A DNA stretch of 63,262 bases, the filler included, from Dugesia japonica (taxonomy: Eukaryota), in assembly GCA_001938525.1 (NCBI GenBank). It is 6 parts of 6 records of this genome, joined end to end, with 100 filler letters (N's around TTAATTAATTAA, not from the genome) between each part and the next. Parts side by side here need not be neighbours in the genome. Positions count along the whole stretch, not along the records: positions 33,323 to 42,690 come from MQRL01578093.1; positions 42,791 to 51,447 come from MQRL01644269.1; 4 more parts are not named here. One strand, written 5' to 3'. Positions 37,861 to 50,271 of this stretch are shown here, in pieces (within the stretch, counting starts at the first letter, position 1; the number at the start of each line of letters is the position of its first letter). The position numbers and the translations under genes are program-made. Below the pieces are notes generated by a model. That model did no database searches, was not told where the DNA came from, and saw nothing but the letters and a program-made list of their open reading frames with translations.

Positions 37861-39822
37861 AAAACGAAAGTAAATCAGTTTTTGCTGAAAGATTTATTAG
37901 AATTCTAAAAAATAAAATGTAGAAATATTTTACATTAGTTGGGAATCAAAAATGGAATAATAATTTATTACAAAAAATGTAAATGATTATGATAATACAA
38001 TTCATTCTAGTGTTGGGGTGAAACATCGGGTACCGAAAATAAAAATGGCGACAAGTAGACTCGAAGTTAAAAAAATGTCGTCAGAAAAGAAAGCGAAGCA
38101 TTCAGACCTAANAAGAACATAGTTCAGTGAAAGAAGGAAATAATTAAAAGGAAAACCGAGATTGGTAGTTAAAACCAACGAAATAATCAACAAAACCCAA
38201 AATTTTCAACAAGAAACCACTCAGAGAAGAACAGACCAAAGAAGAAAAGAAGTAATAGAAGTTTTAGCAGGACAAAAGAAAGATAATGAATAACCATTAT
38301 TTTGTTGGGCAAAATAAAGAAAATGGAATTAATACTGGAAGAACGAAANNNNNNNNNNNNNNNNNNNNNNNNNNNNNNNNNNNNNNNNNNNNNNNNNNNN
38401 NNNNNNNNNNNNNNNNNNNNNNNNNNNNNNNNNNNNNNNNNNNNNNNNNNNNNNNNNNNNNNNNNNNNNNNNNNNNNNNNNNNNNNNNNNNNNNNNNNNN
38501 NNNNNNNNNNNNNNNNNNNNNNNNNNNNGAAAAATGGCAAAAACAACGACTTCCCATGGTGAGAAAATTAGCAATTAAAAGGATTCTGGTCAAGAAAAAA
38601 TCGGAGAGTTTGAAAATCTAAGTTAAAATATCGGTATGAGTCTCAGAAAAAAGATACAGGGGTTTGAAGGTTGTCCAATAGATTCGAAGTCCAAAAATAT
38701 CAACCAATAAAAAGATCTCGCGTGACGTTCAAGCCAAGGGAAACGTCAGAAAAATCATACGACTCCAAATAACCAATGAACGGAATAGGGGTGTGAAGAG
38801 GAACCGGTATAAATACCGATGAAAATTTCACAAAAAACAACACTTATCAACCAGACAAATATCGAGTTGACCGGAAAAATTCTATTATCACCAAAGGCGA
38901 TTATTTTTACTCGTTAATGGATGATGCAACGATTTCCGACTGGATTGCGATATCTTATTATTATGGAGGACCTCTAGAGTCATTATTGGAAACGAATGGA
39001 ATGGAGGTTATGCTCTTGTGCTTGCTCCAAATCGGGATCCAGATCACGTTAGTGTTGTTATTTTCCCTAATTATTAATTTATGTATAACAAGTGAAGATT
39101 TGGATAATCGAATATATTTTCACTTGTTAAAATTTTGTGTTCTTGATAACGTTAAAACTTAAGGTATTGATTTTTATAGTAAAGTAGTAATTAAATGAAC
39201 TCAGCTAAATATGCATAATAAATTCTTTTTAAATTATTTAGGACTCAACTGACTGATAATAAAAATCCAATAAAATCCGTTATAAATTGAAATCAAATAA
39301 ATTAATTTCAATCAAGCGAGTATCATGTGAAACGAACCCGAACCAAAGGGGTGAGAGTCTGCACTCAAGCTACGAGTCAACGGCTTCATCCCGAATATCT
39401 GGATTTTTGGGGACACCAGGTCAATTACCCTAGACTTAATTTTATATAAAGTTCGACCCCCTTAGATATAAATCATACAAGAATTCAACCCAACTAGGGT
39501 AAAACCCCAACACTAGTATAAAAACAAGACCAAAAGAAGCTAGTGAAAATCCAGAAAAAAATAAAAGAAATAATCGAAGATCATAACCATGAAAATGATT
39601 TTATAAAAGAAAAACAGAAATTTAAAATTGGAGATAGAGTTAAAATCTTTAAATATAAAAAATAAATTTGAAAAAGGATTTACTGCAAAATGTACAAATG
39701 AAATATTTGTAGTAACCCATGTTTACAATACGAAACCTTTTACTTATGGAATTACTGATTTAGAAAACGAAGAGATTCTAGGTAGATTTTATAGTAATGA
39801 ACTTCAGAAAACTGTTTTATAA
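37861..39822 (+). pseudogene. Polinton retroviral-like integrase (C-terminal half), interrupted by a solo LTR
   Basis: KSVFAERFIRILKNKM, YDNTIHS|SIKTRP, KFKIGDRV, FEKGFT..TNEIF and GRFYSNELQK. Confidence 0.9.
38011..39512 (+). mobile_element. Large solo LTR (about 1.5 kb)
   Basis: TGTTGGGGT..ACCCCAACA with TSD CTAG and TATAAATA near 38808. Removing it restores integrase HSSIKT in frame. Confidence 0.92.
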
Positions 39823-39839
39823 ATTTTTATTAAATAAAA

Positions 39840-40566
39840 ATGGCTTTAATTTGGAATAAAAATATATTTAATAATAAAATCTTTCCTTCAAACTTTAGAT
39901 TATTAATAATTGGTTCTTCTGGATCAGGGGAAAATGTTTGGTTAATGAAAATGTTATTATTAAGTTTTTAGATTATGATACTTTAATAATTTTTTCCATA
40001 ACTATAAAATCAATTTGAATTACAATCATGGTTTTGAAAATGGAATTACAAAATAAGACATTATTTTTATTTTTGAACATCAAAATATAATTACTGATTC
40101 TTTAATTTTTCCATTAGAAGTAATCCAATGATTTATAAAAAAATATTCAATAAAAACCCAAGATTGATAAACGTAGTTTTAAGTAATAAACCAAATAAAA
40201 TTATTCCTTATGATAAATTATCTGAACAGAAAAAGAATTTAATATTTTTGATGATGTTGTAAATGTGAAAGATCAAGAAATTCAGAAAAGTTATTTTACT
40301 AGAGGAAGACATGTAAACTGCAATGTAATTTATATTTCTCAAACATATTTTCATTTGGATAAAACTCTATTAGAAATAATTCTAACTGTTTTATATTTTT
40401 TAAATTAAACAAAACTGATAAAGATAATGTTTATTATGATTTATTTAGTAACATTTTTTCTAGCAAAATGGAAAATGATTATGANGTTAATTTACACTGG
40501 AAAACAAAGTATAATTATTATTATTTAGATAGAGAAGCCAAAATTTTAATGGAAGACTTATTTTAG
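39840..40566 (+). pseudogene. Polinton genome-packaging ATPase (A32/FtsK-HerA type), frameshifted
   Basis: FRLLIIGSSGSG(K) Walker A, IFDDV Walker B, YFTRGRHVNCNVIYISQTYF and NSNCFIFFK. Confidence 0.9.
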
Positions 40567-40639
40567 AGGTAAAGATGTAAAAAAGATGTAAAGGTGTAAA
40601 AAAGATGTAAGAGGTTTAGAGTGAAAAGTTTCCTGTCAG

Positions 40640-41599
40640 GAAATTATTACTCAGGATCTTCATCTGAATATTCATCTTCTTCTCCATTTAAAGTTACTAC
40701 ATCTAAAATTATTTCATTATCTNNNNNNNNNNNNNNNNNNNNNNNNNNNNNNNNNNNNNNNNNNNNNNNNNNCTTCCATTCTTTTAAAATTATTATTTAT
40801 TTTAAACCAAGATAATGTACAATTAAATAAAATTGGATGTTTTTCATATAAATTATAATATCTTATAAATTTAGTAATATATGGATAAGAATAGTTTATA
40901 CCATTATCTTGCATTATTTTCAAAAGTTCAGATTTATTTCTATCAACTTTTGTAGCTAAAATTTGTAAATATTTTCCTAAATTATAATAAACTTCATTTN
41001 GTATTTTTTAGAATTAATTAAATTATAATCTTAAGCTTTAATATTAATAATTATTGAATCTATACATGTATTCTCTTCTATGGCACCCTCTAGGATTGGT
41101 ATAATTTCAGGTAAATCAATTTTAGTACTTTTGAAAGAACTTAAAAATTGTTTTTCAAAAAATCTTTTTTTAAATTTAACTCTTGTTAAAGGTGTTGAAG
41201 GTATTGATCCCGAAGGGTCCCATGAAAATGGTTGCTCTTCATGATATTCAATAAATACTTATCTATATATTCAATTTGTTCTGGTTTAGCCTCTTCTAAG
41301 TTTAATTGTTCAGAATACTTATTTTTATATTCAAGCAAACTTCTAGATTCTGGTTTATATACATACATACCTTTATTTTCTGGTTCAATTTTAATTTCTG
41401 GTTCAACTTTGTGATTAGTTTTATATTCAAATCTTATATCATCTTTTAATTTTACTTGTGTAAATTTAATATATTTATATATATGTACAAAACATTTACA
41501 ATATTTATGGTCTTCAATAAACAACTCTAAATTATTATTATCTTGAAAAGAATCTGTTATCTCTTTTCCCATCATTCTTTCTGTATCACGATATTCCAT
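40640..41599 (-). pseudogene. Polinton ORF of unknown function, frameshifted
   Basis: ORF pieces 41186-41599 and 40717-40923 are linked by a mostly open shifted frame. ATG follows TAAAA. Confidence 0.55.
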
Positions 41600-41630
41600 T
41601 TTTATAAGTAAAAAATTTTATCTTAACAAA

Positions 41631-42045
41631 ATGTCTTCAGTATCAGAATAGGAATTAATTGATTTAGTAAATTCAAATAAAAGTGTATCTATAAAGATTA
41701 ATGGTAAAAACTATTGGATTGGTAAACAAGTTAAAGAAGAAATAAAAAAGAAACTAGGAAAGGAACACGAAGGCGGTTTTGCTTTTCTAGCTGCAATACC
41801 AGCTATAATTGCTGGCATAGCAGGTGCAGCTGGTTCTGCCAGTGCAGTGGCAAGTACAGTTAGTAATTCTAGATCCGCTGAAGGGCAAGCTCTGGATAAA
41901 ATTAAAAAACAAAAAGAAATTTAATTAGTTGAATTTCAAAAAAAAGATTTAGAAAATAAAACTAGTTCTGGTTCAGGACTTTACATAAAACCTTATCAAG
42001 GAAGTTCAATTGACAAATATTTAAAAAATAGTTTACCAAACTGAA
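41631..42045 (+). pseudogene. Adenovirus protein X-like small virion protein
   Basis: KEHEGG|FAFLAAIPAIIAGIAGAAGSASAVASTV: GG|F followed by a hydrophobic Ala/Gly helix. Premature stops present. Confidence 0.65.
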
Positions 42046-42122
42046 ATTGAAAATGATTACTAAAAACTTTAAGAAAGGAGAACAAGTTAAAATAAAAGGT
42101 GATGTTTTATATTTAAAACCTT

Positions 42123-42690
42123 ATGAAAATCCTAAATAAAATGGATAGTGAAGAAATGTTGTTAAGAATAAAACTTTTTAAAGAATTAATTAAAGCTGAA
42201 GATGATTATGATAATTTATTTATTGGTAATGTAATCGAATCAAAAACTTTACAAACTGCTTTAAATGTTCAACAACAAGCTACTATTAAAGCAATTGAAG
42301 ACTTGGGTAAAAAATCTTCAAACCTTTTGAAAAAAGAAAACCATTCTTTACAAATACTATTTTAAATATAATTTTATCTGAATCAATTAAACCTATAATT
42401 AAATCACAAGATATTCATGATAAAAACTTTCAAACAATTACTTATTCTGGTAAAGGCCCAACAATAATATTATTTGAAGAAGATTCTAAGAAATACTTTT
42501 TAAATAAAAAAAAGGAATTCCTTATTCTGAAGAATTAATGAATTTAATTTAAGGAAATGGAAGCAGTGATTTAAAAGCAATTGATATTTATTTAAATAAA
42601 TTTAATATTGAAGTTCCTTATTCTTCTAAATATTACAAAGATGTTATTAAACCTAAACTTGAAAAAGAAGTTCCTGAAACTCATTAAAAA
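42123..42690 (+). pseudogene. Polinton ORF of unknown function (coiled-coil N-terminus)
   Basis: ORF 42123-42365 continues in shifted frames up to the gap. Confidence 0.45.
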
Positions 42691-42959
42691 NNNNNNNNNN
42701 NNNNNNNNNNNNNNNNNNNNNNNNNNNNNNNNNNTTAATTAATTAANNNNNNNNNNNNNNNNNNNNNNNNNNNNNNNNNNNNNNNNNNNNTTGAAAAATA
42801 TTTTATTAAGATTTCTCAGATTATTTGTTTGAAATTTGTGAATTGTTATTTCATATTTTTATTAAGAAAAGACTTGTAATAATCAATAAACAATTTATGG
42901 AGACTTGTGAGACTTTAAATTTAACTAATAAACGTTGTGTTTAATTTTGATTTTTTTAA

Positions 42960-43847
42960 ATACGGATAAAGTGATATGTATGTCACAATTTTGAATCGTT
43001 CGTTTCATAATGGATTGCAGAGGCAATACCGTAATTTCGACTTCTAATCAAATAAAAATAAAATTTTTTCAATATTAGTTATGATAATTACGTTGAGTAT
43101 TAAACTTTCAATTTATTAATGGAGAAAAAAATGTTTTTTGAGATTATTTAATTTAATGTAAATGTGTTTTGTCGTTTAGTGAACAAATCCAGTGATGATC
43201 AAACTTATAAAAAAAGCTGACATAAGCACAGAAAAGGTGAGCCGAGTAGCGTAGAGAGCTGCGGAGTGAAATCCTACGGTGGAAGAGTCAAGCAACAAAG
43301 TCGGCATCTAAGTTTGCTCAACTAAAGGAGAAAGAATTATCGTTACAACAAGCAAATCGATTCATGGCGGACGTAAAAAGATTTACGCCGATCGTGAATC
43401 AGTGATGTTCGCCACGCTCCGTACATTGTGGATGAATTATAGATTTGCACCAGCCCTAGGTTGAAGAGAGTGGCATGGCCGTGGACTTAAATGCGTAAAT
43501 ATAAACGTCAATGTAGATAAAATAAATAAATTTTGATGTTGTCGTGATTCTTGTAGAGTTTGATAACGGTTAGGTATGAACAGGTATATTCATTGAGTTA
43601 TATGGTTAAAAGGAAATATTGAGCATGTGAGAGATATTGCTGTAGGGGTTCATAAAGTTAGTAAGTAAGACTCGATACCGCAAAGTCGCGCTGAACCCGT
43701 GTAATAGAGGAGCATGTCACAGAGGGGACACAAATGGTTGTTGTTTTTAGGTATGCCCCTAGACATGACGGTNAAGTATTAAAAATGCAAGCGAGATCGA
43801 AGAGATTGGAGGGAAATTTAAAACATCAAAATCCTAAAAGCCCAACA
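42960..43847 (+). mobile_element. 3' part of a large LTR (5' end not resolved)
   Basis: Ends CCCAACA. 43660-43847 is the reverse-complement homolog of 6780-6960. Confidence 0.7.
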
Positions 43848-43851
43848 CTAT

Positions 43852-44294
43852 TATAGTATTTATGCAAAAATTTGTGCTGTCATCAATGTTGATTTTAATC
43901 CTTGAAATATTCCTTTTAGTTCCTCATTTTATACTTATTTCGTATTAGTGGGACTACTGCTCAATTTTTGCATTGTCCTCGGTTGGACTGCTAATAAATG
44001 TTTTAGATAATTGCACATATTTAAAAAACTTTGAAATTTCTTCACAACTTTGTTTAAGGGTTTTATTATTCCCAGGATCCATATGCACTGATAATTTGAT
44101 CTCTTGCTTCAAACATTCATGTTTTCTCAAATTGACCCTAAACCTTGCTTCCGCGATTTATCTCAGAACCTTATCCACAATATCTCATAACGGTGCCTTT
44201 CTTACTTCGAAAATATTAAAGTATTATCTAAATTTGCCACTGCTCCATCTGAATTCTTCTCGTACTGAATTCCTTCACAATCATTTTTTGAAAT
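43852..44294 (-). mobile_element. Degenerate Gypsy RT C-terminal part
   Basis: FQKM..DGAVANLDNTLIFS (decayed YLDD), FLNMCNY and LKSTLMTA. Confidence 0.75.
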
Positions 44295-46040
44295 TGTAAT
44301 ATTACAAACAATATAAAATCTTAAATAAAAAGTAATTAATACTGATAGGGGAAATCCAGAATAAAACGTGAAATAATAATTTAAAATCATAGGGAAAATG
44401 ATAACAAATATTATGAAAGTACAGATGAAATTGGTATCATGGTAAAGTTGTGAATAAACACAAGCAACGATCAAAGTAAAATAAAGATGTCAAAATATAA
44501 AAGAGACTTCAATCGGATTAATTATAACAAAACCACAAATGACGAGAAGTCATTCTCATGGATGATTTTGTGGTTAAACATTATAAATGGAATTGGAGAA
44601 ACTAAACTTTAAAGAAATAATTAAATAATGTGTCGAGTTAGTTTAATGGGGGTTATAGGCAAATGTTATTAATAATTTGAGTTATTATAAAATCTGATGG
44701 GTTCAAACCCGTACCTGACTGAATTACTGAAAATTAAGGAGTTAATGTGCGACCAATGGGAGATCAATGGGACCAACTCATTTCTATTGGATCTTTAAAC
44801 TTCTAATTTTTATTCTTGATGACCTTTTATTTGATAAACATTTTTATTGGTTATTATGTACAGCGTAGATTGTGCATGTATATGAAATATTATATAAACA
44901 ATTGTAAATAATCATAAAAATTTGGTTACAGTGCTGAAATACAATAACCCTATTGTTGAGTAAATAAAGTTATTATTGCGAGAATTTATTTTCTTAATTG
45001 CGTTATTATTTTGAGATATTATAGTGTTAGAGTTGAGTAAATTTACACTCCAATATAATTAATTGAAACTTGTAAAATAAAAGAATAATGATAATTATTT
45101 ATGATAAATAATGTAAATATGTATTATAAATGTAATTTCAAGTATGTGTATGCATGTGTATNTTTGAGTACTATCTNAAACGTTAAAATTGAGCAAATTT
45201 AAATAAATAAAATATTAATTAATTAATTAAAATATTATATTATTAATAAGTGGAAAGATGAAAGAAAAAAGAATATAATAAAAAGAGAGATGGGGAGAAA
45301 CTAAAATTCAAGGGTTTAATTAGAAAGTGACAGCTGAAATTAGAACAAGATAAAAATATGGGAGGTCGGAATAAAGATCAGAATTATGTTACAGAAGAGG
45401 CGAAAAGAAGATAATTGAAAGTTGTCAAAAACTTGACAAGGGAATCGAAATTAGAATTATGGCGCCAGAATAAAGCTATATAAGCAAACAGATGAAAGCA
45501 AAAATCATAACGTAATAGGAAAGAACTTAAAAACTTAATAGAACTAAAGAAAACGAGAGACTTTCAAGAATTATAAAAATTGTTTCAAGGGTGTTAAAAA
45601 ATGGAAATCAAAGAGAAATTAAAGAATCGGAAGTTTGCTTTGTAAATTAAAGAAGCGAAATAAAAAAGGAATTAAAGCAATCAAGTTGGAATTTTTGAAA
45701 TAGTAAAGCTAGAGTTCAATTCAATCATTACCCGTCAAATCAAGCCCATTGACTCAACTCAGACTAATCAATTATCTTACCATCGTATTTGTGTATTCTT
45801 TATCTTTGGAATTATTATTGACAATTTGTGTTGTGATTTGTGATTATTTGAATAAATAAATATATATATTGTTGGGTCTTATCTATTTTAGAACACTTTC
45901 TTGGAGTCAGGTTAAAAGTAAATTAATTATCAAACTAATAAAAACCTATCAATAGAAGATTAGAAGCCCCGGGTGAACCTCTAAATTAAGGTTAGAAGAA
46001 ATTTTGTGATTAAACAAGCTTAAGTGTGGAAACCCCAACA
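44295..46040 (+). mobile_element. Large solo LTR (about 1.75 kb)
   Basis: TGTAAT..ACCCCAACA with TSD AAAT, TATATAA near 45477 and AATAAA near 45851. Removing it restores RT AAPSK-FQKM in frame. Confidence 0.8.
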
Positions 46041-46630
46041 AAATTTACTCGGCGCTGCTTTTCAGAATGAAAGCAATATGAAAAAACATTGTTCCAATTT
46101 TGTTGAAATGCTGTTTTCTTTTGTGATTTTTCTTCTAAATCGGTCTAATAATAAGCGTTTCTGAGATTGATCGAACTGAAAGATACATTCCTATTCAGAT
46201 TGCCCAACATTTCATTAATGTTAGTCATCGGATAAGTCTGTCTTTCTGTGACTGAATTCTATCTCCGGAAATCTAGAAATAACCGCTTATACTACTTGTC
46301 CCTTTTCAGAGAGTTATTTGTTCAAACTATACCATTTTTGAATAGATTCTGAATAGTTTTTTCAACACATTTTCTCGTTTCTTACAGATTATCTGTAAGT
46401 CCTTTTCATTTCCTATCTCTACGGTGCGGTAAATCCTCACTAATTTTCCCGTGTTTCTATCTCATCAAATTTCGCTTTAACAGTTCCTATCATTTGGTCT
46501 TCCGACGTATGATTACTGATTTTATCTTGTCCGTCCTCTGCGTTTTAGGCCTCTTTTTTTTTATAACACCTCTCATACGACATATTGATACGAGCTCCCG
46601 TATCTAATTAACAATCTACATGTTGTCTGT
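46041..46630 (-). mobile_element. Degenerate Gypsy protease and RT N-terminal part
   Basis: LDTGARINM (aspartic protease), RLFLDFRR and FSSIDLRNAYY on the minus strand. Confidence 0.8.
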
Positions 46631-46639
46631 CAAAAAAAA

Positions 46640-46980
46640 TAATGAAAAAATCAGATGTTATTTTCTCTGATATTATTAAGAAACCTGGAAAAAAGCTGAT
46701 TGACAAATCGAATTTTGCAAACTGATATAAGAAGAATAATGGAAATTAATAATGCTCTTACTCAGATAGGCTTTAAAGAAAAGCTTGGCAGTCAGATATC
46801 ATCACCANATATATGTAGAGAAGTAAAAAGTTCGTGTTTAAAAAGGAAACGTTTAAAGAAAAAGGCTACACTGTTGCGTACGGAAGAAAATATTAACAAA
46901 ATAATAGATTTTTGCAGCAGAAGTTTAAGTTTCACATACAAACGAATCTGGTTTCAATATGCATACTTCAATAAATAATG
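46640..46980 (+). mobile_element. Possible IS630/Tc1-like transposase fragment
   Basis: ISSP.ICREVK...KRKRLKK resembles the second HTH/basic linker. Weak match. Confidence 0.3.
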
Positions 46981-47516
46981 GATATTCAGCATCCAATGAA
47001 ATAACTTTTTATGAAATTATAATAATTATTTATTAAATTAAAATAATCATTTATGGAAATCCAAATAATTACTTATGAAATTCAAATAATTTTTAATGAA
47101 ATCCCCTGTAAAATAAAAAAAGCAACACGAAATATTACAATTGATATGATTTCTGAATTAATCTACTGTTAATAGATTATACGTTTTACTTAGTTTCTAC
47201 AATTTTGTTTCTAAATTGTAAATATTAAAAATTAATCAGTTGACATTTTCTGATTACAAAAACAAACAAACATGAGAAACGTGTTTTAAAATGGATATAG
47301 TTTATAAGTAGAATTATGCCATAAATTGACATAAAAACCCTAGCTAAAAATTTCTAACAAAATCTGTATATTTTTTAATTTGCATTTTAATCGTACTACT
47401 ACTGATAAATAAACAGTAATAAATTAAAAAATAATTAAGTTCATGAAAATAACTGAAAATTAAAAATTGAAAATTTATTTCATGAAATTTAAATTTTTAA
47501 AATAAATTTTTTTTTG

Positions 47517-47999
47517 TCATGATAAATGCATATTTAATTGTTTTCGCTGTGATTTTCGGCATCTTGATTGATGTAGACACATTACGCCATCACTGTACAA
47601 TTGATTACATATGCTACAACTTGTCAGATGGCTTAAATCCATNTAATTAGAAATAGCAGAAATTCCAGCAGAGCTTTTATTTTCAAAAAATGGTAAATTA
47701 ACATCTAAATACATTTCTTGGTCAGTAGAAATGTTTGATGAAAATGAACTGCACACCTTCATATGTTGGCCGAATTTTTTTACTGCAATCATTTGCTTAC
47801 AAGTATTACATGAAGCTGCATAGTAATTACTGGTTACTCGAACTTGTTCGTTTGTTTTATGCCCCTTTCTTTGATCATTAGATAATAAATCTATATCGCT
47901 TATGAAATTAGGATTTTCTAATTTTTTATTGACATAAGCTTGATATTCCTTTTGTTCTGGAATAATTACGCTGGAATAATAATTATTATGCATTATCAA
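47517..47999 (-). CDS. ORF or terminal exon with two C2HC zinc-finger-like motifs
   Basis: CNTCKQMIAVKKFGQHMKVC and CSICNQLYSDGVMCLHQSRC (Cx2Cx11Hx3C). Start is uncertain. Confidence 0.55.
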   Translation of the reverse strand: MIMHNNYYSSVIIPEQKEYQAYVNKKLENPNFISDIDLLSNDQRKGHKTNEQVRVTSNYYAASCNTCKQMIAVKKFGQHMKVCSSFSSNISTDQEMYLDVNLPFFENKSSAGISAISNXMDLSHLTSCSICNQLYSDGVMCLHQSRCRKSQRKQLNMHLS

Positions 48000-48670
48000 T
48001 AATTATTATTGATCTCAATTTCTGCATACAATTGTCCTACAATCAGAAGCATGAGGCAGTCTCTGCAATCGATATCGGAATATAGCGATTTATAATTGGT
48101 TTAATGTTTCTAATTAGATACATACTGACATTGAGTAGCGAGCTAAGAGAATTCCTCTATTAATTCTAATAAATTCACTGATTTGATGCTGCTTTTCAAC
48201 CAATTGTTTCTGCATTGGAAAACTATTTAGTGAGCTCCTACCCGTATTCGGATGTATTTTACTTCTCAATAGTATCAACAAAACAGGTAATTAATTTAGT
48301 TTAATTATTTTCATTTAACTCTCACATCAAATTTATCTTCGTACTTCAAGAAATTCATTTTTGATATTTGAAAATTTATTTTTTGTTTTATATAGAGGTG
48401 CATTTCAACTATAAATCGTCAAAGTTATGCAGATATTTAATTAATTAACTCTGTAGTCTGTTGATTTCTTTACATCAATCATCCAGACTGATTACTACTG
48501 TCATTTTCCAACCATAAATGACAACAAACTTTGATCTATCATTCTTATTCTGTCTAGATTCCATTATTTTTAGTTTATTCAATTAATCCTGTTCGTTCAT
48601 GCGTTTTTATTTAATGTTTTTTTTATCAACATTACCTGACTATTCTTCACATCTTTCTCCTGTCAACCAC

Positions 48671-48677
48671 TATAAAA
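48671..48677 (+). promoter_or_regulatory. TATA box of the neuropeptide gene
   Basis: TATAAAA upstream of a short non-coding exon and a 65-nt GTATGT..ACAG intron (48724-48788), 3 nt before the ATG. Confidence 0.65.
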
Positions 48678-48791
48678 CAACAACTTGATTACTCAATTTA
48701 ATAATTTCATAATTTCATTCACTGTATGTTGTTAATATGAATTTTCAATATATTTTTAACATATTTTTAATATGTATTACAATTACAGGAA

Positions 48792-49031
48792 ATGTCGAAA
48801 TCAATAAATTCAGTAATCGTGATACTTATGATTATCTTATCGATTTGTTGGCTGGGGCAATCGTTTCCATCGATCGAATGTTTGAGAGCCTGCAAATTTG
48901 ATAGTGTTGAATGTCAAATATGCTGCAGAAATCGACAGCAATATCCATTGGAAATTTGTCGACAAGTACTGGAAAATATCTCTCAAGAGTCGAAAAGAGG
49001 ATTTGTTCGATTAGGCCGTAGCGAAAAATAA
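48792..49031 (+). CDS. Neuropeptide precursor encoding GFVRLamide (flatworm npp-1/FVRI/L-amide family)
   Basis: Hydrophobic signal peptide, six-Cys region, KR-GFVRL-G-R cleavage and amidation site. AATAAA near 49059. Confidence 0.9.
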   Translation: MSKSINSVIVILMIILSICWLGQSFPSIECLRACKFDSVECQICCRNRQQYPLEICRQVLENISQESKRGFVRLGRSEK

Positions 49032-49843
49032 CAGTTTTTAAAGTGGAAAATTTAATGAATAAATTCTATCAGACTCATTGATTGTTTTTGTTTGTTTCAG
49101 AGATTATTGATTTTTTTGTATTATTTAAAATACACTTAAAAGCAAATTAAATGGTTGTAAATTAAGAAATATCAGTTGAGAATTTTAAAATTTTAGTTTA
49201 TCAATGCAAATAAACTTTATTTAAGAGTGATATAAGATTATATTTAAATATTTGAGTAAAGCAGTTAAGTTAAAATCTATATATATATTATGAATTTTGT
49301 TGATGCTCTTTGATATTTTAAGTTTTGTGTAAGGGATGCAGTCTATTATATTTCTTGAATTACATTTTAGATTTCTAATGATCTTCCAAATAAATTATGT
49401 TAATCTCTTCCTTATTTATTATACACAAAATTATTTACAAAACCAAATAGGTATTATGATTTTAATTAACTTTAAAATGTGTAACAATTTACAATTATTC
49501 ATAATTTTTTTACTATATTTCTTAATATTTCCACTCTGACATCACGGGTATTTACAATTAATTGTATTGTGTTCTCATAGAGTTTACGGAAGATAATTAA
49601 AGCCGAAATTTTTTAATCAATTAACTTGATGAAAAGTTTTTCATATTAACTTTGAAATTTTGAATTTTTTTATAGCAATATTTATTTAAATGTTAATCAT
49701 AACAGAGCGATCATCAAATTGACTATTAAGAACATTAAGTAATGATAACAATAATAACAGGGTTTTACATTATATTTCACAATGCTTTTCATAATATTTA
49801 ACATACAAATTTGTTTAAATTGCTTACATATTGTATATAGAGT

Positions 49844-50271
49844 CAGAGGCGTAGCTAGGGGAGGGCAGGGGGGACAAGTATCCCCGGGAGCCAAAATGGG
49901 TTTGAAATATTTGTATTGTGTATTTTTTGTATCGTTTTAATATGATATCTATCAAGATTGAAGATTCGTCACTCTCTTGCAGTCAACTTTTTGCTATGCA
50001 CTGTCAATCTTATTGTGTGAATTTAATATTGCTAAACCTTGTCTATAGACTACAGATTTCGTAACCTATGACCAGAAACATACATTTTATTTGGATATAG
50101 TATTTCGTTTGTATTACTTCTTGCTTGACTAATCACATGTTTCGTCTGCATCAGTTTCTTCTTTAGTCTTTACTTTAGAAGCCGTTACATTGGATGACTC
50201 TTAATTTTTCAGTTGGGGGCGCAAAATATGAATTTTGTCCCCGGGCGCCAAACACACTAGCTACGCCTCTG
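49844..50271 (-). mobile_element. Non-autonomous hAT element (428 bp)
   Basis: Perfect 15-bp TIR CAGAGGCGTAGCTAG and perfect 8-bp TSD TATAGAGT. An internal ADETCD.S transposase remnant lies on the minus strand. Confidence 0.95.

Larger units (their letters stand above)
35909..42690 (+). mobile_element. Polinton/Maverick (adintovirus-like) left arm, degenerate and cut by the contig end
   Basis: AGTAGGTAG terminus, subterminal tandem repeats, integrase, packaging ATPase, GG|F protein-X-like ORF and several unknown ORFs. Confidence 0.85.

Noticed and set aside
50130-50160. Minus-strand CUGAUG..GAAAC hammerhead-like string
   Set aside because: Core A9 is missing and there is no stem II or stem I. 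It translates as the hAT transposase ADETCD motif.
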